A DNA stretch of 64,000 nt from Eledone cirrhosa (taxonomy: Eukaryota): positions 45,322,001 through 45,386,000 of the forward strand of contig OZ024741.1 in the NCBI GenBank assembly GCA_964016885.1, given 5' to 3'. The notes beneath the pieces were generated by a model, which was not told the origin of the DNA, searched no databases, and saw only the letters and a list, made by a program, of their open reading frames with translations. Shown piece by piece: positions 39,001-54,000 of the stretch (the first letter of the stretch is position 1; every line of letters begins with the position of its first letter). The position numbers and the translations under genes are program-made.

Positions 39001-42000
39001 TTGCTGCTGTTGTTGTTGGTACTGTTACTGTATTTACTGCTGCTGTTGGTGGTAAATGTAGTGGTTGTGATAGTGCTGACGTTGCTGCTGTTGTTGTTGT
39101 TGGTACTGTTACTGTATTTACTGCTGCTGTTGGTGGTAACTATAGTGGTTGTGATAGTGCTGACGTTGCTGCTGTTGTTGTTGTTGGTACTGTTACTGTA
39201 TTTACTGCTGCTGTTGGTGGTAACTGTAGTGGTTGTGATAGTGCTGACGTTGCTGCTGTTGTTGTTGGTACTGTTACTGTATTTACTGCTGCTGTTGGTG
39301 GTAACTGTAGTGGTTGTGATAGTGCTGACGTTGCTGCTGTTGTTGTTGTTGGTACTGTTACTGTATTTACTGCTGCTGTTGGTGGTAACTATAGTGGTTG
39401 TGATAGTGCTGACGTTGCTGCTGCTGTTGTTGTTGTTGGTACTGTTACTGTATTTACTGCTGCTGTTGGTGGTAACTATAGTGGTTGTGATAGTGCTGAC
39501 GTTGCTGCTGTTGTTGTTGTTGGTACTGTTACTGTATTTACTGCTGCTGTTGGTGGTAACTGTAGTGGTTGTGATAGTGCTGACGTTGCTGCTGTTGTTG
39601 TTGGTACTGTTACTGTATTTACTGCTGCTGTTGGTGGTAAATGTAGTGGTTGTGATAGTGCTGACGTTGCTGCTGTTGTTGTTGTTGGTACTGTTACTGT
39701 ATTTACTGCTGCTGTTGGTGGTAACTATAGTGGTTGTGATAGTGCTGACGTTGCTGCTGCTGTTGTTGTTGTTGGTACTGTTACTGTATTTACTGCTGCT
39801 GTTGGTGGTAACTGTAGTGGTTGTGATAGTGCTGACGTTGCTGTTGTTGTTGTTGTTGGTACTGTTACTGTATTTACTGCTGCTGTTGGTGGTAACTATA
39901 GTGGTTGTGATAGTGCTGACGTTGCTGCTGCTGTTGTTGTTGTTGGTACTGTTACTGTATTTACTGCTGCTGTTGGTGGTAACTGTAGTGGTTGTGATAG
40001 TGCTGACGTTGCTGCTGTTGTTGTTGTTGGTACTGTTACTGTATTTACTGCTGCTGTTGGTGGTAACTGTAGTGGTTGTGATAGTGCTGACGTTGCTGCT
40101 GTTGTTGTTGGTACTGTTACTGTATTTACTGCTGCTGTTGGTGGTAAATGTAGTGGTTGTGATAGTGCTGACGTTGCTGCTGTTGTTGTTGTTGGTACTG
40201 TTACTGTATTTACTGCTGCTGTTGGTGGTAACTGTAGTGGTTGTGATAGTGCTGACGTTGCTGCTGTTGTTGTTGGTACTGTTACTGTATTTACTGCTGC
40301 TGTTGGTGGTAACTGTAGTGGTTGTGATAGTGCTGACGTTGCTGCTGTTGTTGTTGGTACTGTTACTGTATTTACTGCTGCTGTTGGTGGTAAATGTAGT
40401 GGTTGTGATAGTGCTGACGTTGCTGCTGTTGTTGTTGGTACTGTTACTGTATTTACTGCTGCTGTTGGTGGTAAATGTAGTGGTTGTGATAGTGCTGACG
40501 TTGCTGCTGTTGTTGTTGGTACTGTTACTGTATTTACTGCTGCTGTTGGTGGTAAATGTAGTGGTTGTGATAGTGCTGACGTTGCTGCTGTTGTTGTTGT
40601 TGGTACTGTTACTGTATTTACTGCTGCTGTTGGTGGTAACTGTAGTGGTTGTGATAGTGCTGACGTTGCTGCTGTTGTTGTTGGTACTGTTACTGTATTT
40701 ACTGCTGCTGTTGGTGGTAACTGTAGTGGTTGTGATAGTGCTGACGTTGATGCTGCTGTTGTTGTTGTTGGTACTGTTACTGTATTTACTGCTGCTGTTG
40801 GTGGTAACTGTAGTGGTTGTGATAGTGCTGACGTTGCTGCTGCTGTTGTTGTCGTTGGTACTGTTACGGTATTTACTGCTGCTGTTGGTGGTAAATGTAG
40901 TGGTTGTGATAGTGCTGACGTTACTGCTGCTGTTGTTGTTGGTACTGTTACTGTATTTACTGCTGCTGTTGGTGGTAACTGTAGTTGTTGTGATAGTGCT
41001 GATGTTGCTGTTGTTGTTGTTGGTACTGTTACTGTATTTACTGCTGCTGTTGGTGGTAACTGTAGTGGTTGTGATAGTGCTGACGTTGCTGCTGCTGTTG
41101 TTGTTGTTGATATGTTACTGTATTTACTGCTGCTGTTGGTGGTAAATGTAGTGGTTGTGATAGTGCTGATGTTGCTGCTGGTGGTGTTGTTAGTACTGTT
41201 ACTGTATGTACTGCTGCTGTTGGTGGTAACTGTAGTGGTTGTGATAGTGCTGACATTGCTGCTGGTGCTGTTGTTGTTGGTACTGTTACTGTATTTACTG
41301 CTGCTGTTGGTGGTAACTGTAGTGGTTGTGATAGTGCTGACGTTGCTGCTGCTGTTGTTGTTGGTACTGTTACTGTATTTACTGCTGCTGTTGGTGGTAA
41401 CTGTAGTGGTTGTGATAGTGCTGACGTTGCTGCTGTTGTTGTTGTTGGTACTGTTACTGTATTTACTGCTGCTGTTGGTGGTAACTGTAGTGGTTGTGAT
41501 AGTGCTGACGTTGCTGCTGTTGTTGTTGTTGGTACTGTTACTGTATTTACTGCTGCTGTTGGTGGTAACTATAGTGGTTGTGATAGTGCTGACGTTGCTG
41601 CTGTTGTTGTTGTTGTTGGTACTGTTACTGTATTTACTGCTGCTGTTGGTGGTAACTGTAGTGGTTGTGATAGTGCTGACGTTGCTGCTGCTGTTGTTGT
41701 TGTTGGTACTGTTACTGTATTTACTGCTGCTGTTGGTGGTAACTGTAGTGGTTGTGATAGTGCTGACGTTGCTGCTGTTGTTGTTGTTGGTACTGTTACT
41801 GTATTTACTGCTGCTGTTGGTGGTAACTGTAGTGGTTGTGATAGTGCTGACGATGCTGCTGCTGTTGTTGTTGGTACTGTATTTACTGCTGCTGTTGGTG
41901 GTAACTGTAGTGGTTGTGATAGTGCTGACGTTGCTGCTGCTGTTGTTGTTGGTACTGTTACTGTATTTACTGCTGCTGTTGGTGGTAACTGTAGTGGTTG

Positions 42001-45000
42001 TGATAGTGCTGACGTTGCTGCTGCTGTTGTTGTTGGTACTGTTACTGTATTTACTGCTGCTGTTGGTGGTAACTGTAGTGGTTGTGATAGTGCTGACGTT
42101 GCTGCTGCTGTTGTTGTTGGTACTGTTACTGTATTTACTGCTGCTGTTGGTGGTAACTGTAGTGGTTGTGATAGTGCTGACGTTGCTGCTGTTGTTGTTG
42201 TTGGTACTGTATTTACTGCTACTGTTGGTGGTAACTGTAGTGGTTGTGATAGTGCTGACGTTGCTGCTGCTGTTGTTGTTGTTGGTACTGTTACTGTATT
42301 TACTGCTGCTGTTGGTGGTAACTGTAGTGGTTGTGATAGTGCTGACGTTGCTGCTGCTGTTGTTGTTGGTACTGTTACTGTATTTACTGCTGCTGTTGGT
42401 GGTAACTGTAGTGGTTGTGATAGTGCTGACGTTGCTGCTGCTGTTGTTGTTGGTACTGTTACTGTATTTACTGCTGCTGTTGGTGGTAACTGTAGTGGTT
42501 GTGATAGTGCTGACGTTGCTGCTGTTGTGTTGGTACTGTTACTGTATTTACTGCTGCTGTTGGTGGTAACTGTAGTGGTTGTGATAGTGCTGACGTTGCT
42601 GCTGTTGTTGTTGTTGTTGGTACTGTTACTGTATTTACTGCTGCTGTTGGTGGTAACTGTAGTGGTTGTGATAGTGCTGACGTTGCTGCTGCTGTTGTTG
42701 TTGGTACTGTTACTGTATTTACTGCTGCTGTAGTTGGTAACTGTAGTGGTTGTGATAGTGCTGACGTTGCTGTTGTTGTTGTTGGTACTGTTACTGTATT
42801 TACTGCTGCTGTTGATGGTAACTGTAGTGGTTGTGATAGTGCTGTTGTTGCTGCTGTTGTTGTTGTTGGTACTGTTACTGTATTTACTGCTGCTGTTGGT
42901 GGTAACTGTAGTGGTTGTGATAGTGCTGACGTTGCTGCTGCTGTTGTTGTTGTTGGTACTGTTACTGTATTTACTGCTGCTCTTGGTGGTAACTGTAGTG
43001 GTTGTGATAGTGCTGACGTTGCTGCTGCTGTTGTTGTTGTTGGTACTGTTACTGTATTTACTGCTGCTGTTGGTGGTAACTGTAGTGGTTGTGATAGTGC
43101 TGACGTTGCTGCTGTTGTTGTTGTTGTTGGTACTGTTACTGTATTTACTGCTGCTGTTGGTGGTAACTGTAGTGGTTGTGATAGTGCTGACGTTGCTACT
43201 GTTGTTGTTGTTGTTGGTACTGTTACTGTATTTACTGCTGCTGTTGGTGGTAACTGTAGTGGTTGTGATAGTGCTGACGTTGCTGCTGTTGTTGTTGTTG
43301 TTGGTACTGTTACTGTATTTACTGCTGCTGTTGGTGGTAACTGTAGTGGTTGTGATAGTGCTGACGTTGCTACTGTTGTTGTTGTTGTTGGTACTGTTAC
43401 TGTATTTACTGCTGCTGTTGGTGATAACTGTAGTGGTTGTGATAGTGCTGAGGTTGCTGCTGCTGTTGTTGTTGGTACTGTTACTGTATTTACTGCTGCT
43501 GTTGGTGGTAACTGTAGTGGTTGTGATAGTGCTGACGTTGCTGCTGTTGTTGTTGTTGGTACTGTTACTGTATTTACTGCTGCTGTTGTGGTAACTGTAG
43601 TGGTTGTGATAGTGCTGACGTTGCTGCTGCTGTTGTTGTTGGTACTGTTACTGTATTTACTGCTGCTGTTGGTGGTAACTGTAGTGGTTGTGATAGTGCT
43701 GACGTTGCTGCTGTTGTTGTTGTTGGTACTGTTACTGTATTTACTGCTGCTGTTGTGGTAACTGTAGTGGTTGTGATAGTGCTGACGTTGCTGCTGCTGT
43801 TGTTGTTGGTACTGTTACTGTATTTACTGCTGCTGTTGGTGGTAACTGTAGTGGTTGTGATAGTGCTGACGTTGCTGCTGTTGTGTTGGTACTGTTACTG
43901 TATTTACTGCTGCTGTTGGTGGTAACTATAGTGGTTGTGATAGTGCTGACGATGCTGCTGCTGTTGTTGTTGTTGGTACTGTTACTGTATTTACTGCTGC
44001 TGTTGGTGGTAACTGTAGTGGTTGTGATAGTGCTGACGTTGCTGCCGCTGTTGTTGTTGTTGGTACTGTTACTGTATTTACTGCTGCTGTTGGTGGTAAC
44101 TGTAGTGGTTGTGATAGTGCTGACGTTGCTGCTGTTGTTGTTGTTGTTGGTACTGTTACTGTATTTACTGCTGCTGTTGTTGGTAAATGTAGTGGTTGTG
44201 ATAGTGCTGACGTTGCTGCTGCTGTTGTTGTTGTTGGTACTGTTACTGTATTTACTGCTGCTGTTGTGGTAACTGTAGTGGTTGTGATAGTGCTGACGTT
44301 GCTGCTGCTGTTGTTGTTGGTACTGTTACTGTATTTACTGCTGCTGTTGGTGGTAACTGTAGTGGTTGTGATAGTGCTGACGTTGCTGCTGCTGTTGTTG
44401 TTGGTACTGTTACTGTATTTACTGCTGCTGTTGGTGGTAACTGTAGTGGTTGTGATAGTGCTGACGTTGCGGCTGTTGGTGTTGTTGGTACTGTTACTGT
44501 ATTTACTGCTGCTGTTGGTGGTAAATGTAGTGGTTGTGATAGTGCTGACGTTGCTGCTGTTGTTGTTGTTGTTGGTACTGTTACTGTATTTACTGCTGCT
44601 CTTGGTGGTAACTGTAGTGGTTGTGATAGTGCTGACGTTGCTGCTGTTGTTGTTGTTGGTACTGTTACTGTATTTACTGCTGCTGTTGGTGGTAAATGTA
44701 GTGGTTGTGATAGTGCTGACGTTGCTGCTGCTGTTGTTGTTGTTGGTACTGTTACTGTATTTACTGCTGCTGTTGGTGGTAACTGTAGTGGTTGTGATAG
44801 TGCTGACGTTGCTGCTGCTGTTGTTGTTGGTACTGTTACTGTATTTACTGCTGCTGTTGGTGGTAAATGTAGTGGTTGTGATAGTGCTGACGTTGCTGCT
44901 GTTGTTGTTGTTGGTACTGTTACTGTATTTACTGCTGCTGTTGGTGGTAAATGTAGTGGTTGTGATAGTGCTGACGTTGCTGCTGCTGTTGTTGTTGGTA

Positions 45001-48000
45001 CTGTTACTGTATTTACTGCTGCTGTTGGTGGTAAATGTAGTGGTTGTGATAGTGCTGACGTTGCTGCTGCTGTTGTTGTTGGTACTGTTACTGTATTTAC
45101 TGCTGCTGTTGATGGTAACTATAGTGGTTGTGATAGTGCTGACGTTGCTGCTGTTGTTGTTGTTGGTACTGTTACTGTATTTACTGCTGCTGTTGGTGGT
45201 AACTGTAGTGGTTGTGATAGTGCTGACGTTGCTGCTGTTGTTGTTGGTACTGTTACTGTATTTACTGCTGCTGTTGGTGGTAACTGTAGTGGTTGTGATA
45301 GTGCTGACGTTGCTGCTGTTGTTGTTGTTGGTACTGTTACTGTATTTACTGCTGCTGTTGGTGGTAACTGTAGTGGTTGTGATAGTGCTGACGTTGCTGC
45401 TGTTGTTGTTGTTGGTACTGTTACTGTATTTACTGCTGCTGTTGGTGGTAACTGTAGTGGTTGTGATAGTGCTGACGTTGCTGCTGCTGCTGTTGTTGTT
45501 GGTACTGTTACTGTATTTACTGCTGCTGTTGGTGGTAACTGTAGTGGTTGTGATAGTGCTGACGTTGCTGCTGTTGTTGTTGTTGGTACTGTTACTGTAT
45601 TTACTGCTGCTGTTGGTGGTAACTGTAGTGGTTGTGATAGTGCTGACGTTGCTGCTGTTGTTGTTGGTACTGTTACTGTATTTACTGCTGCTGTTGGTGG
45701 TAACTGTAGTGGTTGTGATAGTGCTGACGATGCTGCTGCTGTTGTTGTTGTTGGTACTGTTACTGTATTTACTGCTGCTGTTGGTGGTAACTGTAGTGGT
45801 TGTGATAGTGCTGACGATGCTGCTGCTGTTGTTGTTGTTGGTACTGTTACTGTATTTACTGCTGCTGTTGGTGGTAACTGTAGTGGTTGTGATAGTGCTG
45901 ACGATGCTGCTGTTGTTGTTGGTACTGTTACTGTATTTACTGCTGCTGTTGGTGGTAACTGTAGTGGTTGTGATAGTGCTGACGTTGCTGTTGTTGTTGT
46001 TGTTGGTACTGTTACTGTATTTACTGCTACTGTTGGTGGTAACTGTAGTGGTTGTGATAGTGCTGACGTTGCTGTTGTTGTTGTTGTTGGTACTGTTACT
46101 GTATTTACTGCTACTGTTGGTGGTAACTGTAGTGGTTGTGATAGTGCTGACGATGCTGCTGCTGTTGTTGTTGTTGGTACTGTTACTGTATTTACTGCTG
46201 CTGTTGGTGGTAACTGTAGTGGTTGTGATAGTGCTGACGTTGCTGCTGTTGTTGTTGGTACTGTTACTGTATTTACTGCTACTGTTGGTGGTAACTGTAG
46301 TGGTTGTGATAGTGCTGACGTTGCTGTTGTTGTTGTTGTTGGTACTGTTACTGTATTTACTGCTGCTGTTGGTGGTAACTGTAGTGGTTGTGATAGTGCT
46401 GACGATGCTGCTGCTGTTGTTGTTGTTGGTACTGTTACTGTATTTACTGCTGCTCTTGGTGGTAACTGTAGTGGTTGTGATAGTGCTGACGTTGCTGCTG
46501 CTGTTGTTGTTGTTGGTACTGTTACTGTATTTACTGCTGCTGTTGGTGGTAACTGTAGTGGTTGTGATAGTGCTGACGATGCTGCTGCTGTTGTTGTTGT
46601 TGGTACTGTTACTGTATTTACTGCTGCTGTTGGTGGTAACTGTAGTGGTTGTGATAGTGCTGACGTTGCTGCTGTTGTTGTTGGTACTGTTACTGTATTT
46701 ACTGCTACTGTTGGTGGTAACTGTAGTGGTTGTGATAGTGCTGACGTTGCTGCTGCTGTTGTTGTTGGTACTGTAACTGTATTTACTGCTGCTGTTGTGA
46801 TAACTATAGTGGTTGTGATAGTGCTGACGTTGCTGCTGCTGTTGTTGTTGTTGGTACTGTTACTGTATTTACTGCTGCTCTTGGTGGTAACTGTAGTGGT
46901 TGTGATAGTGCTGACGTTGCTGCTGCTGTTGTTGTTGTTGGTACTGTTACTGTATTTACTGCTGCTGTTGGTGGTAACTGTAGTGGTTGTGATAGTGCTG
47001 ACGTTGCTGCTGCTGTTGTTGTTGTTGGTACTGTTACTGTATTTACTGCTGCTGTTGGTGGTAACTGTAGTGGTTGTGATAGTGCTGACGTTGCTGCTGT
47101 TGTTGTTGGTACTGTTACTGTATTTACTGCTGCTGTTGGTGGTAAATGTAGTGGTTGTGATAGTGCTGACGTTGCTGCTGTTGTTGTTGTTGTTGGTACT
47201 GTTACTGTATTTACTGCTGCTGTTGGTGGTAACTGTAGTGGTTGTGATAGTGCTGACGTTGCTGTTGTTGTTGTTGTTGGTACTGTTACTGTATTTACTG
47301 CTGCTGTTGGTGGTAACTGTAGTGGTTGTGATAGTGCTGACGTTGCTGCTGTTGTTGTTGTTGGTACTGTTACTGTATTTACTGCTGCTGTTGGTGGTAA
47401 CTGTAGTGGTTGTGATAGTGCTGACGTTGCTGCTGTTGTTGTTGTTGGTACTGTTACTGTATTTACTGCTGCTGTTGGTGGTAAATGTAGTGGTTGTGAT
47501 AGTGCTGACGTTGCTGCTGTTGTTGTTGTTGTTGGTACTGTTACTGTATTTACTGCTGCTGTTGGTGGTAACTGTAGTGGTTGTGATAGTGCTGACGTTG
47601 CTGCTGTTGTTGTTGTTGGTACTGTTACTGTATTTACTGCTGCTGTTGGTGGTAACTATAGTGGTTGTGATAGTGCTGACGTTGCTGCTGTTGTTGTTGT
47701 TGGTACTGTTACTGTATTTACTGCTGCTGTTGGTGGTAACTGTAGTGGTTGTGATAGTGCTGACGTTGCTGCTGTTGTTGTTGTTGGTACTGTTACTGTA
47801 TTTACTGCTGCTGTTGGTGGTAACTATAGTGGTTGTGATAGTGCTGACGTTGCTGCTGTTGTTGTTGTTGGTACTGTTACTGTATTTACTGCTGCTGTTG
47901 GTGGTAACTGTAGTGGTTGTGATAGTGCTGACGTTGCTGCTGCTGTTGTTGTTGGTACTGTTACTGTATTTACTGCTGCTCTTGGTGGTAACTGTAGTGG

Positions 48001-51000
48001 TTGTGATAGTGCTGACGTTGCTGCTGTTGTTGTTGTTGGTACTGTTACTGTATTTACTGCTGCTGTTGGTGGTAACTATAGTGGTTGTGATAGTGCTGAC
48101 GTTGCTGCTGTTGTTGTTGTTGGTACTGTTACTGTATTTACTGCTGCTGTTGGTGGTAACTGTAGTGGTTGTGATAGTGCTGACGTTGCTGCTGTTGTTG
48201 TTGTTGGTACTGTTACTGTATTTACTGCTGCTGTTGGTGGTAACTATAGTGGTTGTGATAGTGCTGACGTTGCTGCTGTTGTTGTTGTTGGTACTGTTAC
48301 TGTATTTACTGCTGCTGTTGGTGGTAACTGTAGTGGTTGTGATAGTGCTGACGTTGCTGCTGTTGTTGTTGTTGGTACTGTTACTGTATTTACTGCTGCT
48401 GTTGGTGGTAAATGTAGTGGTTGTGATAGTGCTGACGTTGCTGCTGTTGTTGTTGTTGTTGGTACTGTTACTGTATTTACTGCTGCTGTTGGTGGTAACT
48501 GTAGTGGTTGTGATAGTGCTGACGTTGCTGCTGCTGTTGTTGTTGTTGGTACTGTTACTGTATTTACTGCTGCTGTTGGTGGTAACTGTAGTGGTTGTGA
48601 TAGTGCTGACGTTGCTGCTGCTGTTGTTGTTGGTACTGTTACTGTATTTACTGCTGCTGTTGGTGGTAACTGTAGTGGTTGTGATAGTGCTGACGTTGCT
48701 GTTGTTGTTGTTGTTGGTACTGTTACTGTATTTACTGCTGCTGTTGGTGGTAACTGTAGTGGTTGTGATAGTGCTGACGTTGCTGCTGCTGTTGTTGTTG
48801 TGGGTACTGTTACTGTATTTACTGCTGCTGTAGGTGGTAACTGTAGTGGTTGTGATATTGCTGACGTTGCTGCTGTTGTGTTGGTACTGTTACTGTATTT
48901 ACTGCTGCTGTTGGTGGTAACTGTAGTGGTTGTGATAGTGCTGACGTTGCTGCTGCTGTTGTTGTTGTGGGTACTGTTACTGTATTTACTGCTGCTGTAG
49001 GTGGTAACTGTAGTGGTTGTGATATTGCTGACGTTGCTGCTGTTGTGTTGGTACTGTTACTGTATTTACTGCTGCTGTTGGTGGTAACTGTAGTGGTTGT
49101 GATAGTGCTGACGTTGCTGCTGCTGTTGTTGTTGTTGGTACTGTTACTGTATTTACTGCTGCTGTTGGTGGTAACTGTAGTGGTTGTGATAGTGCTGACG
49201 TTGCTGCTGCTGTTGTTGTTGTGGGTACTGTTACTGTATTTACTGCTGCTGTAGGTGGTAACTGTAGTGGTTGTGATATTGCTGACGTTGCTGCTGTTGT
49301 GTTGGTACTGTTACTGTATTTACTGCTGCTCTTGGTGGTAACTGTAGTGGTTGTGATAGTGCTGACGTTGCTGCTGCTGTTGTTGTTGTTGGTACTGTTA
49401 CTGTATTTACTGCTGCTGTTGGTGGTAACTGTAGTGCTTTTGATAGTGCTGACGTTGCTGCTGCTGTTGTTGTTGTTGGTACTGTTACTGTATTTACTGC
49501 TGCTGTTAGTGGTAACTGTAGTGGTTGTGATAGTGCTGACGTTGCTGCTGTTGTTGTTGGTACTGTTACTGTATTTACTGCTGCTGTTGGTGGTAACTGT
49601 AGTGGTTGTGATAGTGCTGACGTTGCTGCTGTTGTTGTTGTTGTTGGTACTGTTACTGTATTTACTGCTGCTGTTGGTGGTAACTGTAGTGGTTTTGATA
49701 GTGCTGACGTTGCTGTTGTTGTTGTTGTTGTTGGTACTGTTACTGTATTTACTGCTGCTGTTGGTGGTAACTGTAGTGGTTTTGATAGTGCTGACGTTGC
49801 TGCTGCTGTTGTTGTTGTTGGTACAGTTACTGTATTTACTGCTGCTGTTGGTGGTAACTGTAGTGGTTGTGATAGTGCTGACGTTGCTGCTGTTGTTGTT
49901 GTTGTTGGTACTGTTACTGTATTTACTGCTGCTGTTGTGGTAACTGTAGTGGTTTTGATAGTGCTGACGTTGCTGCCTGTTGTTGTTGGTACTGTTACTG
50001 TATTTACTGCTGCTGTTGGTGGTAACTGTAGTGGTTGTGATAGTGCTGACGTTGCTGCTGTTGTTGTTGGTACTGTTACTGTATTTACTGCTGCTGTTGG
50101 TGGTAACTGTAGTGGTTGTGATATTGCTGACGTTGCTGCTGTTGTTGTTGTTGTTGGTACTGTTACTGTATTTACTGCTGCTGTTGTGGTAACTGTAGTG
50201 GTTGTGATAGTGCTGACGTTGCTGCTGTTGTTGTTGGTACTGTTACTGTATTTACTGCTGCTGTTGTGGTAACTGTAGTGGTTGTGATAGTGCTGACGTT
50301 GCTGCTGTTGTTGTTGTTGTTGGTACTGTTACTGTATTTACTGCTGCTGTTGGTGGTAACTGTAGTGGTTGTGATAGTGCTGACGTTGCTGTTGTTGTTG
50401 TTGGTACTGTTACTGTATTTACTGCTGCTGTTGTGGTAACTGTAGTGGTTGTGATAGTGCTGACGTTGCTGCTGTTGTTGTTGTTGTTGGTACTGTTACT
50501 GTATTTACTGCTGCTGTTGTGGTAACTGTAGTGGTTGTGATAGTGCTGACGTTGCTGCTGCTGTTGTTGTTGGTACTGTTACTGTATTTACTGCTGCTGT
50601 TGGTGATAACTGTAGTGGTTGTGATAGTGCTGACGTTGCTGCTGCTGCTGTTGTTGTTGTTGGTACTGTTACTGTATTTACTGCTGCTGTTGGTGATAAC
50701 TGTAGTGGTTGTGATAGTGCTGAAGTTGCTGCTGTTGTTGTTGTTGTTGGTACTGTTACTGTATTTACTGCTGCTGTTGGTGATAACTGTAGTGGTTGTG
50801 ATAGTGCTGACGTTGCTGCTGTTGTTGTTGTTGTTGGTACTGTTACTGTATTTACTGCTGCTGTTGGTGATAACTGTAGTGGTTGTGATAGTGCTGACGT
50901 TGCTGCTGTTGTTGTTGTTGTTGGTACTGTTACTGTATTTACTGCTGCTGTTGTGGTAACTGTAGTGGTTGTGATAGTGCTGACGTTGCTGCTGCTGCTG

Positions 51001-54000
51001 TTGTTGTTGGTACTGTTACTGTATTTACTGCTGCTGTTGGTGGTAACTGTAGTGGTTGTGATAGTGCTGATGTTGCTGCTGCTGTTGTTGTTGGTACTGT
51101 TACTGTAATTTACTGCTGCTGTTGTGGTAACTGTAGTGGTTGTGATAGTGCTGACGTTGCTGCTGCTGTTGTTGTTGGTACTGTTACTGTATTTACTGCT
51201 GCTGTTGGTGGTAACTGTAGTGGTTGTGATAGTGCTGACGTTGCTGCTGCTGCTGTTGTTGTTGGTACTGTTACTGTATTTACTGCTGCTGTTGGTGGTA
51301 ACTGTAGTGGTTGTGATAGTGCTGATGTTGCTGCTGCTGTTGTTGTTGGTACTGTTACTGTATTTACTGCTGCTGTTGGTGGTAACTGTAGTGGTTGTGA
51401 TAGTGCTGATGTTGCTGCTGCTGTTGTTGTTGGTACTGTTACTGTATTTACTGCTGCTGTTGTGGTAACTGTAGTGGTTGTGATAGTGCTGACGTTGCTG
51501 CTGCTGCTGTTGTTGTTGGTACTGTTACTGTATTTACTGCTGCTGTTGGTGGTAACTGTAGTGGTTGTGATAGTGCTGATGTTGCTGCTGCTGTTGTTGT
51601 TGGTACTGTTACTGTATTTACTGCTGCTGTTGTGGTAACTGTAGTGGTTGTGATAGTGCTGACGTTGCTGCTGCTGCTGTTGTTGTTGGTACTGTTACTG
51701 TATTTACTGCTGCTGTTGGTGGTAACTGTAGTGGTTGTGATAGTGCTGACGTTGCTGCTGCTGTTGTTGTTGGTACTTTTACTGTATTTACTGCTGCTGT
51801 TGGTGGTAACTGTAGTGGTTGTGATAGTGCTGACGTTGCTGCTGCTGTTGTTGTTGGTACTGTTACTGTATTTACTGCTGCTGTTGTGGTAACTGTAGTG
51901 GTTGTGATAGTGCTGACGTTGCTGCTGCTGTTGTTGTTGGTACTGTTACTGTATTTACTGCTGCTGTTGGTGGTAACTGTAGTGGTTTTGATAGTGCTGA
52001 CGTTGCTGCTGCTGTTGTTGTTGGTACTTTTACTGTATTTACTGCTGCTGTTGTGGTAACTGTAGTGGTTGTGATAGTGCTGACGTTGCTGCTGCTGCTG
52101 TTGTTGTTGGTACTGTTACTGTATTTACTTGCTGCTGTTGGTGGTAACTGTAGTGGTTTTGATAGTGCTGACGTTGCTGCTGCTGTTGTTGTTGGTACTT
52201 TTACTGTATTTACTGCTGCTGTTGTGGTAACTGTAGTGGTTGTGATAGTGCTGACGTTGCTGCTGCTGCTGTTGTTGTTGGTACTGTTACTGTATTTACT
52301 GCTGCTGTTGGTGGTAACTGTAGTGGTTGTGATAGTGCTGATGTTGCTGCTGCTGTTGTTGTTGGTACTGTTACTGTATTTACTGCTGCTGTTGTGGTAA
52401 CTGTAGTGGTTGTGATAGTGCTGACGTTGCTGCTGCTGCTATTGTTGTTGGTACTGTTACTGTATTTACTGCTGCTGTTGGTGGTAACTGTAGTGGTTGT
52501 GATAGTGCTGACGTTGCTGCTGCTGTTGTTGTTGGTACTTTTACTGTATTTACTGCTGCTGTTGTGGTAACTGTAGTGGTTGTGATAGTGCTGACGTTGC
52601 TGCTGCTGTTGTTGTTGGTACTGTTACTGTATTTACTGCTGCTGTTGGTGGTAACTGTAGTGGTTTTGATAGTGCTGACGTTGCTGCTGCTGTTGTTGTT
52701 GGTACTTTTACTGTATTTACTGCTGCTGTTGTGGTAACTGTAGTGGTTGTGATAGTGCTGACGTTGCTGCTGCTGTTGTTGTTGGTACTGTTACTGTATT
52801 TACTGCTGCTGTTGGTGGTAACTGTAGTGGTTGTGATAGTGCTGACGTTGCTGCTGCTGCTGTTGTTGTTGGTACTGTTACTGTATTTACTGCTGCTGTT
52901 GGTGGTAACTGTAGTGGTTGTGATAGTGCTGACGTTGCTGCTGCTGTTGTTGTTGGTACTTTTACTGTATTTACTGCTGCTGTTGTGGTAACTGTAGTGG
53001 TTGTGATAGTGCTGACGTTGCTGCTGTTGTTGTTGTTGGTACTGTTACTGTATTTACTGCTGCTGTTGGTGGTAACTGTAGTGGTTGTGATAGTGCTGAC
53101 GTTGGCTGCTGCTGCTGTTGTTGTTGGTACTGTTACTGTATTTACTGCTGCTGTTGGTGGTAACTGTAGTGGTTGTGATAGTGCTGACGTTGCTGCTGCT
53201 GTTGTTGTTGGTACTTTTACTGTATTTACTGCTGCTGTTGTGGTAACTGTAGTGGTTGTGATAGTGCTGACGTTGCTGCTGCTGTTGTTGTTGGTACTTT
53301 TACTGTATTTACTGCTGCTGTTGGTGGTAACTGTAGTGGTTGTGATAGTGCTGACGTTGCTGCTGCTGTTGTTGTTGGTACTGTTACTGTATTTACTGCT
53401 GCTGTTGGTGGTAACTGTAGTGGTTGTGATAGTGCTGACGTTGCTGCTGCTGTTGTTGTTGGTACTGTTACTGTATTTACTGCTGCTGTTGGTGGTAACT
53501 GTAGTGGTTGTGATAGTGCTGACGTTGCTGCTGCTGTTGTTGTTGGTACTTTTACTGTATTTACTGCTGCTGTTGTGGTAACTGTAGTGGTTGTGATAGT
53601 GCTGACGTTGCTGCTGCTGTTGTTGTTGGTACTGTTACTGTATTTACTGCTGCTGTTGGTGGTAACTGTAGTGGTTGTGATAGTGCTGACGTTGCTGCTG
53701 CTGCTGTTGTTGTTGGTACTGTTACTGTATTTACTGCTGCTGTTGTGGTAACTGTAGTGGTTGTGATAGTGCTGATGTTGCTGCTGCTGTTGTTGTTGGT
53801 ACTGTTACTGTATTTACTGCTGCTGTTGGTGGTAACTGTAGTGGTTGTGATAGTGCTGATGTTGCTGCTGCTGTTGTTGTTGGTACTGTTTACTGTATTT
53901 ACTGCTGCTGTTGTGGTAACTGTAGTGGTTGTGATAGTGCTGACGTTGCTGCTGCTGCTGTTGTTGTTGGTACTGTTACTGTATTTACTGCTGCTGTTGG

